Virus record (IMG/VR): IMGVR_UViG_3300009182_000039
Location: 1-64,000 of that record
Length of the DNA: 64,000 bases
DNA from: a virus
Direction: 5' to 3' (one strand)
Within the stretch, counting starts at the first letter, position 1. Every line of letters begins with the position of its first letter. A program made the translations under genes and the position numbers. The notes beneath the pieces were generated by a model. The model worked only from the letters and a program-made list of their open reading frames with translations, did no database searches and was not told where the DNA came from. This document shows positions 57,901 through 64,000 of this stretch, in pieces.

Positions 57901-60900
57901 TTGCATCCGTACTATAACCTGATCCTGGATTTACAACAATAATTTCAATTACTTGTCCAGCAGGATTAATAATAGCTGTCATAGTAGCTTGTGTGATACA
58001 AGTTCCTGTTACAGTAACTACTGGTACCGAGGTATAGCCAGAACCACTATTAACAATACTAACAGCTTGAATGCTTAATAAATAATTTTCAAACCATTGA
58101 CTATACAAACTTGGCAATTGCCATATTTGAGCATTGGGAGCAGTATTACTAGCATTTGAATGATAAGCAGTAATAGCTTCTGTGTATGGGGTTAGTATCG
58201 GACTTACAAATTGCGATACTGGCAGCGATGAATTCCAATAAGCTGGCAAATCATAATCGGTAATATCGCCTAAGAAGTCATCTTCTCCAGTATAAATTAA
58301 ATTAAATTGGCGCACTTGTACGTGATACGGTTTAATTTCTTGAAAATAATTTATAACAAAGTCTTGGTTATCGGCAAGATATGTTTGATAGGGTTTTAAT
58401 GAACGAATTTCGTGATTTACATCAACATAACTAGTTTTAACTAACCAAGAGGGATCAGTAAATTCACTATAAACATAATTAAAGATTAAAATTAAACTGC
58501 TATTTCTTTCAAATAATAAATCGCCAATATAAATTTCTTCATTCAACGCACGAAGAATGTAACGTGTTTCAGTTTGCGGAGTTTCATCAAAATATAATGA
58601 ATCAAATACTTGAGCATCAAATCCAAAATTTCCAACAGTATAGTTCCATAATTCTTCTTTAAATGCAATGGTGCCATCTTCTAACCCAACACGAGTCCAA
58701 TCCTTAACTAAGTCAATGCCTGTTCTTAAATATATTTCCCATTTGCCGGCACCATTACTTATAACTCGCACAGAAGAACCCACTGGTACTGTTTCATAAC
58801 TTAATGTTGCCAATTGAGAATAATTTTGAACAGCCGCTACTGGTGAAAGTGTAGAATTATAACCTGGTAAGTACCAATTAATATAATACCAATATTCGGG
58901 TGTGTCGTAACTTTGGACGCGAATTAACGCTAATGTTTGTCCTGTTTGAACTTCATAAATTGTCCAGCGGCCAAATTGACTACTGTCCGACAATACAAGA
59001 TATTTGTAGCCTACTGGAACTATACTGAGATTTTGATAGCCTAAAATTTCTAAATTGGCTACTTTATAATCCCATGCGCCACTATTTGCTTGTGGAATTG
59101 ATTCAGCGGCATTTAATAAATTAAAACTTCGAGTTTCAGAAATTGGGTATTGTGCTAATATTGTATTTGCCCGGCCTAAATAATTTTCCAAAGCTGTAAA
59201 TCTATCAGTCACCATACTTTGACGGGGTCGGAATTGCACTCCATAACGCATACCAAAACTTAAATTAGGATCCGGCACAGCACTACCTGCAGTGTCAACC
59301 CCGCATAAACTATCTAAAAATTTACGATATAGGTTTGAATTTAAGAACGATTTAGCTACACCATCTTTAATAATTTGATATTCTTGATGGATTACTGCGT
59401 CGTTAAGTTTACGGTCAAACCCAATACTTAAAATAGTATTTGTTGCGTTTAATAAACTTTGTGCGTTGTAAATAGCAATGGTACTAGCATTAAGTCCAGC
59501 AATATATGGTAATCCACTGCTACGAGGATCGGTAATATAGCTAGCCACACCACTAGGACTTAATGTTTTTCCGGCACCAGTAGAAATAGTTGTAATTCCT
59601 CTTACCCAGAAATAATAAAATGTAGTAAAAATATTATTTGTGCCTAGCTGCGAAGTTACACAATAACTTGTGGTACTAAGTGGTGTACCTTGTCCAGTAT
59701 AGCCAGCTGGTGGATTAGAACTTTCTACCCATTGATAAATGTCCACTCTACTTCCTGGGAATATTGATCCCCAACGGCGACTAGCATATACTATATCATC
59801 TTGATTTGGATCAATAAATCTTACAGTATCAGTATCCCACCACATTTGTCCAATACGTTCACGACCCCAAGATTGACCATTATTATGGACTGATCCTTGA
59901 TTATATTGAGCTGGATCTACGGCACCAATATAATTAATGTTGCTTCGAGCTACTCCTAATATTTTACCTTGTAGTGGATCAAAGAAATCAAAATATGTTT
60001 GTGCTTGCCCAGTAACCGTAGTGTTAACTCCGGCCGCTTGTTCTCCGTTATAAGAAAATACTCCGTCGATAGCGTAGACATCAACTACAGGTTGTTGTAC
60101 TCTTATCGGAGCCCAAGCTGGCGTATCATTTAAATTTTTAAATATTGTAACATAACCCGAGTTTGTTGTTTCATAAATCGTACCGCCAGTTGCCCCGACC
60201 ATTAATTTGCCACTTGTATAATTTACTGCGGTTCCAAAAAAGTTACCAGATTGTACTTTGCTATTATAAATTTGTTGCCCAAACGCAAATTGTCCAGGAT
60301 TTTTAATACTACTTTGACTACTTGGGAAATAATCAAAAGTATATGCTACTCCACCATTGTTAACTGGATTAAAGAATGTTGTGCTATGTTCATCAAAATA
60401 TGTTTGGCCGGCATCAAAAGTTGTTGGTTCATAAACGTCGCCGTTCGGAGACCCGACAATTAGATTAACTGCGCTAGTGTCAATGCTTAAACTTGCTCCA
60501 AATTGTCCATTGAATGCTGGCAGCGGGCTTAATATTTGTTGAGTAAACACAAGAGTATTAAATCCTAGTTGGTTGAAAACAGAGGCTACTGTCCCGGGCA
60601 GTACTGTAATTAAATTATACGGTGTACCGGCATCAATATTTTTTACAGATAATGTTAATCTTCCTGATACAACAGTTATAATTCTCCCAGTTGTCGGGGC
60701 ATAAACAAAATAAATGTTTTCTGTGACAGGATCATAAGAATAATCAGTACCGGCGATTTGTAATATGTTGTCTAGGTATACTACAGTTGTGTAAGAACTA
60801 GCATCAGAATATAAAGTTCCAATATTAAAAATTTTAGTGATGCCATCTGCTACAAATTCTAAATCAGAAGTTAATGTGGCTAAAACATTTGGTATATTAG

Positions 60901-63900
60901 CAGAGTTAATTGCAGCAACAAACCCGGCTATTGTATTATTCAAGCCAGTAGGAACCGATACCTGTGTATCATTAATACGCAATGTTCCATTAGCAGTGAG
61001 CGTTGGATTGGCAATTGTAGAGGTTGTGATTCCGTAAACTCTTGATTGATTAATTTGATAATCTACCGATCCAGATAAATCAGTATAGGTACTATCAAAT
61101 GGAGCTCCGACGTATAAACTGCAATTTAATGGACATGAATCAACAGCAAATCCATATTGTGCGTTTTCGTTAACTGTATTACTAGTTAAAGTTTGAATTT
61201 GACTTATTTGATTTGTTTCAATTTCAATTATATCACCGTAGTTGAATATTATATTAGAAAATACAATATCATTACCATCTACAGTAAATTGTCCGCTTGG
61301 CGATTGCTCAATAGTTAATAAGAAAATTCCATTTACACTTACAGCGACTGGTCCAGTAACATTTCCAGGAACAATATATGTTGTTTGTGATGGAGTTGAT
61401 ACTACATAACGTAGAACACTTCTATCAAACACATATACAGTTCCAGTTTCTGTTAAACTATTAGTATCGGTTTTTGGGGCGCCGATCATTATTTGTCTGC
61501 CATCGGTAGTGGCTGCTATACTAGCACCAAAATTATCTCCAGACATCGAATCAGGAGTAGTAATACTTAAAACATATTGCCAATAAGTTGAAGTAGACGC
61601 AATAATTTTTGCGCCGGCGGGTGGTATTGTTATAAATGTTAAAACTGTAGTATTTGAATTGAATGTATAATCTAAATAAGGGCGTTGTACTACATCATTT
61701 ACTCTAATAACGACATTGTTAATAGATGTAGCATTATACAAATATTGATTTAATGTAAAATTATTTGTATTACTAATTCCAGAGCCAGAATAAGAAAATC
61801 CAATTATTTGACCTAGTATATTAATACCTGTTACAGTTATAACTAAATTATTAGCAGGAGTTGCCCCGCCTATTTGCGAACCGTTGATTGTAAGTGTATT
61901 GCCCACCGCATAATTTTGGCCGCCAAATTCTAATGTGGGATAATATACTCCTCTTATAACTTCAACTGTGAAGAGTGCCCCGGTTCCTACACCAGTTGCT
62001 GTATTTTGATGAATAGTATAATAAAAATACTCATCTAATTGTTTAGCTAGGTTACGAGCTATTACTAATGTTTGGCCGTTTACGGGAGGATTAGTGAATA
62101 TTAAATTATTTTGATTTAATGTATAATCTACCCCATAAGTTAATCTAGTTTTGTTAAGAGTAACTATTAACTGATTAGGATAGGTATAGTCAATCTGTAT
62201 TGCGTTAGAATATTCATATATTGATGCGCTATCGGCTGTGGTATATTCAATAGCTTGTGTTTCTACCATTACTTTTTCGTAAGCATATACAGTATTAGCG
62301 CCAGGAGCGCCTATGTACATCCAGTTTTCATCAAGACTAACTATACCCGATGTGCCAAAGCCAATAGGGTCAAAATTTTGGTCAGGTGGTACTAATAACT
62401 GTGATATAGTAATAGTATTTGTGCCGGCTTCTCTATAAATTACTGCAGCATATCCCATACCAGACAGACTAGTATTAGCACCGACTACTGCCCAATTTGA
62501 TTTACCAAACGATATCATATTACCAAAGTTACTAGTATCACTAACGCCTAAACTTATAGTTCTACTAAATTGATAATCACTCAATGGATCTTTAAAATAT
62601 GCTAGTACTGTTCCTACCCCGTTCGCGCCGTTTGGTGCTCCAACTAACGCAAAAAGATTGTTTTGTGTTTGTGCTACACTTGCGCCAAACTGATTGTTTG
62701 CTGATAACCCAGGAGTAATGGTTGAACTTGTAATAAACGGAGCTTGTTTTTGGACCGTCTCCCAGTGGCCGTTGCCATCGTTATCTACCCAAGCAATGGC
62801 ACCGGGCACTAAACTGTTTACATATGGCAATGTTGAAATATCGCTTGCTTGACTTACTCTAGCACTTTGCAAATCAAGTACTAATCCTGTGCCAGTAACC
62901 GTTGTTATATTTGTATTTGTAAAACTATACGAAATAGTAATAGTAGTCGGCGAGGGGCTTGATAAAACACGATAGACACCATTAACAGCATCATTAAAAT
63001 ATTTAATAATAATTAAAGCGCCTGCTGACAAATTGTGTGCGGCACTAAACTGAACAATACTTGTACCATTTAAATTATCAGTAAGTTGAGTCATTTGACC
63101 GTTTACAGCCGTACAGCGATATACTCCCCAATTATAAGGATTAATTTTAGCAATCCAGATGTAAGTACCAATACCTATACTATTAATCTTAGCATCAATT
63201 GCAGTAGGATCGTCAAGACTGAATACAGTAACGTCAACATCATCTAAACATACATAACCAGCAGAAGGTAATGCAGTTGGAATATTACTGCCTTCGTAGG
63301 TAGTAGGTAAAATTTCAGTAGATGTAATGTTGTAACTTTCTCTCCATAAATTTTTTAAATAAATTTGTTGGTTAGCTTGACTTGTTTCTCCAGGATTAAT
63401 AATTTGTATTGTTGATGGGTTATACGACAATAACGATGCGTCCAATTGAATATCAAAATAACTCTTATTAGCTTGAGCGCCGTATGTTCCTGCTAAGACT
63501 CCCCAGTTTTCATAGACATTATAGGCTCCACTTTCTTTGCCGCCTAATAGTGTAGAGTTAAATATTTCTGCTGCTTGTAATGTCCCTTTAGTTCCAATAA
63601 ATTGTTGATAAAGCTGTACCTGGGTTACTCCGTTTAGATTCATCTCGCTCATATATTGTCGAGGACGGAATCCAATTAGTCCAAATGCAAACAAATCATT
63701 ATCAGAAGTTAAATTTGCTTGGTAAACATCATAAGATGTAGTTAATTGATCAGCTTTATTAGCTAGGTTAGGTAATAATCCCTTGTCAATTGCTTGAAAA
63801 TCGCTCTTGACCCAGTCGTTATAATTAAATGTTTCTTGCGGTTCACTAATTGTAATAGCTTGCCAATATGTATTTTTATATAATACAATTTCACCTTTAG

Positions 63901-64000
63901 TGTATTTGGTATAGGCTTTCCATTGCTCAACATTGTTTAAATTAAGAATAAATCCTTGGGCGTTAAGTTGACCGTCCCATTCTGTTGTAGTGGAGGCTAT
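54989..64000 (-). CDS. Giant virion structural protein (>3000 aa, baseplate/tail), 5'-truncated
   Basis: Frame stays open 102 codons beyond the track start to the window edge; FG-GAP-like FGAS/VGAP repeats, Ig-like repeats, FD-rich motifs. Confidence 0.85.
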   Translation of the reverse strand: MASTTTEWDGQLNAQGFILNLNNVEQWKAYTKYTKGEIVLYKNTYWQAITISEPQETFNYNDWVKSDFQAIDKGLLPNLANKADQLTTSYDVYQANLTSDNDLFAFGLIGFRPRQYMSEMNLNGVTQVQLYQQFIGTKGTLQAAEIFNSTLLGGKESGAYNVYENWGVLAGTYGAQANKSYFDIQLDASLLSYNPSTIQIINPGETSQANQQIYLKNLWRESYNITSTEILPTTYEGSNIPTALPSAGYVCLDDVDVTVFSLDDPTAIDAKINSIGIGTYIWIAKINPYNWGVYRCTAVNGQMTQLTDNLNGTSIVQFSAAHNLSAGALIIIKYFNDAVNGVYRVLSSPSPTTITISYSFTNTNITTVTGTGLVLDLQSARVSQASDISTLPYVNSLVPGAIAWVDNDGNGHWETVQKQAPFITSSTITPGLSANNQFGASVAQTQNNLFALVGAPNGANGVGTVLAYFKDPLSDYQFSRTISLGVSDTSNFGNMISFGKSNWAVVGANTSLSGMGYAAVIYREAGTNTITISQLLVPPDQNFDPIGFGTSGIVSLDENWMYIGAPGANTVYAYEKVMVETQAIEYTTADSASIYEYSNAIQIDYTYPNQLIVTLNKTRLTYGVDYTLNQNNLIFTNPPVNGQTLVIARNLAKQLDEYFYYTIHQNTATGVGTGALFTVEVIRGVYYPTLEFGGQNYAVGNTLTINGSQIGGATPANNLVITVTGINILGQIIGFSYSGSGISNTNNFTLNQYLYNATSINNVVIRVNDVVQRPYLDYTFNSNTTVLTFITIPPAGAKIIASTSTYWQYVLSITTPDSMSGDNFGASIAATTDGRQIMIGAPKTDTNSLTETGTVYVFDRSVLRYVVSTPSQTTYIVPGNVTGPVAVSVNGIFLLTIEQSPSGQFTVDGNDIVFSNIIFNYGDIIEIETNQISQIQTLTSNTVNENAQYGFAVDSCPLNCSLYVGAPFDSTYTDLSGSVDYQINQSRVYGITTSTIANPTLTANGTLRINDTQVSVPTGLNNTIAGFVAAINSANIPNVLATLTSDLEFVADGITKIFNIGTLYSDASSYTTVVYLDNILQIAGTDYSYDPVTENIYFVYAPTTGRIITVVSGRLTLSVKNIDAGTPYNLITVLPGTVASVFNQLGFNTLVFTQQILSPLPAFNGQFGASLSIDTSAVNLIVGSPNGDVYEPTTFDAGQTYFDEHSTTFFNPVNNGGVAYTFDYFPSSQSSIKNPGQFAFGQQIYNSKVQSGNFFGTAVNYTSGKLMVGATGGTIYETTNSGYVTIFKNLNDTPAWAPIRVQQPVVDVYAIDGVFSYNGEQAAGVNTTVTGQAQTYFDFFDPLQGKILGVARSNINYIGAVDPAQYNQGSVHNNGQSWGRERIGQMWWDTDTVRFIDPNQDDIVYASRRWGSIFPGSRVDIYQWVESSNPPAGYTGQGTPLSTTSYCVTSQLGTNNIFTTFYYFWVRGITTISTGAGKTLSPSGVASYITDPRSSGLPYIAGLNASTIAIYNAQSLLNATNTILSIGFDRKLNDAVIHQEYQIIKDGVAKSFLNSNLYRKFLDSLCGVDTAGSAVPDPNLSFGMRYGVQFRPRQSMVTDRFTALENYLGRANTILAQYPISETRSFNLLNAAESIPQANSGAWDYKVANLEILGYQNLSIVPVGYKYLVLSDSSQFGRWTIYEVQTGQTLALIRVQSYDTPEYWYYINWYLPGYNSTLSPVAAVQNYSQLATLSYETVPVGSSVRVISNGAGKWEIYLRTGIDLVKDWTRVGLEDGTIAFKEELWNYTVGNFGFDAQVFDSLYFDETPQTETRYILRALNEEIYIGDLLFERNSSLILIFNYVYSEFTDPSWLVKTSYVDVNHEIRSLKPYQTYLADNQDFVINYFQEIKPYHVQVRQFNLIYTGEDDFLGDITDYDLPAYWNSSLPVSQFVSPILTPYTEAITAYHSNASNTAPNAQIWQLPSLYSQWFENYLLSIQAVSIVNSGSGYTSVPVVTVTGTCITQATMTAIINPAGQVIEIIVVNPGSGYSTDAIITISGGGLPGDPTPWAAGISVVENENIITSWNNIYVVDTAGILGNVEPIGTATEVNGTAELTFVGQIAQAVTIMNNSLVRSFNTTIKYDRCEYQSTIIDWEANITYENGTQVRYDNLVWAADSTSGSVTNSVFDPAEWLQVDAGVLSGADRTMGFYVSTVNTPGLSLPLLIDGIDYPGVQVAAVRFDQDTGFDRGNFDINPFDNISLDPNGQPTYDLGILDTIFQSSYLDPYLGTRPSDINIDGGKYVDAYESHAPEELVPGIEFDTLDLRVYTTPGADWQGLGHGFAQGTLQVIYDSVNPTISFDGLQSFPADLEITDVTQGYNLNEGTDYTVNWVNQTFTILNSSSLVANGDQLGIYVYQVGGGNQLYKNIYNGADVGNSLTVPVQYSLIQEFVIFVNGSCVPTTEYSYEAGTAFNTTTLTFDSTYASDDFISLVAISPTTIDSVTTNYSWSIPVTQTITVPTTGQLEYDLDPTISLEYTNPVTAIVTIGGITASGSAGKPSVGDGTNDAFALPTRLGVDPTTIIKDNLSVYVDGILQEPATYIFAYPDIVLDTAPADGAEVYVAVDVTAQYIIDPMAYTLTIISGTGIVPHAGDIISVTTFNDTREQRLSQQIFVGPVSQGISIYEKYDSTLYDNPPGAPSADPGLFDATVGDTIYFNDFTLYQSYTDISRPWVSRNGRVLTAYTDYTIVDNTLTLNNGVIGPTDVIIITNVTNSVVPESMEFRIFQDMRGVQATYRMTPSTTTTVTEAVTATDDIIHVVNAGALSIPEFAANIWGVVSINGERIMYREIDIEANTISSLLRGTAGTGADSHAVGAYVYNMGRGNLMPEQFQNYIETNSFLGNGTTTNFTTDITVNNANDWTGSIPYDSTNYSYPEGDGNYDVGMGSNIETVEVYLGGALQTSGYGVTNLTPIIVSFATPPADGVEVTIIVRRGVSWYNPGVGTASDGVPLQQTNNPAALFLRGLN

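Noticed and set aside
54989-63694. 2901-aa length and TTG start of the giant protein
   Set aside because: Frame remains open to base 64000, so the true start lies outside the window
1-64000. CRISPR array, rRNA, IS element, integrase, introns, reverse transcriptase/DGR
   Set aside because: No regular direct repeats or diagnostic motifs seen by eye

Overview
AT-rich (roughly one-third GC) segment of a large lytic tailed phage (jumbo/T4-like lifestyle) infecting a Gram-negative host; two Bug/TctC proteins suggest Betaproteobacteria (inference). 1-12.5 kb is a translation island: a circularly permuted two-piece tmRNA with a 29-codon tag, 12 intact tRNAs (two with rare A34 anticodons, Ser-ACT and Asn-ATT), tRNA fragments around an HNH endonuclease, candidate structured ncRNAs, an RNA polymerase omega homologue, and a leader peptide with mutually exclusive antiterminator/terminator hairpins that looks like a translation-sensing attenuator ahead of the tRNA array. 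12.5-20 kb holds sigma70-driven genes (MoxR AAA+, vWA/metallopeptidase partner, a family of ~80-aa paralogues). 20-51.5 kb is a very large tailoring-enzyme locus (PP-loop ATPases, radical SAM and B12-radical SAM, Fe/2OG oxygenases, Rieske oxygenase, desaturase, PLP enzyme, amidohydrolase, sulfo-/methyl-/glycosyltransferases, orphan solute-binding proteins). 51.9-64 kb is virion structural genes on the minus strand, ending in a >3000-aa protein cut by the window edge. Many genes have TAAATA 4-6 nt before the ATG with no Shine-Dalgarno, suggesting leaderless late mRNAs. All calls are from motif reading; no database search was run.
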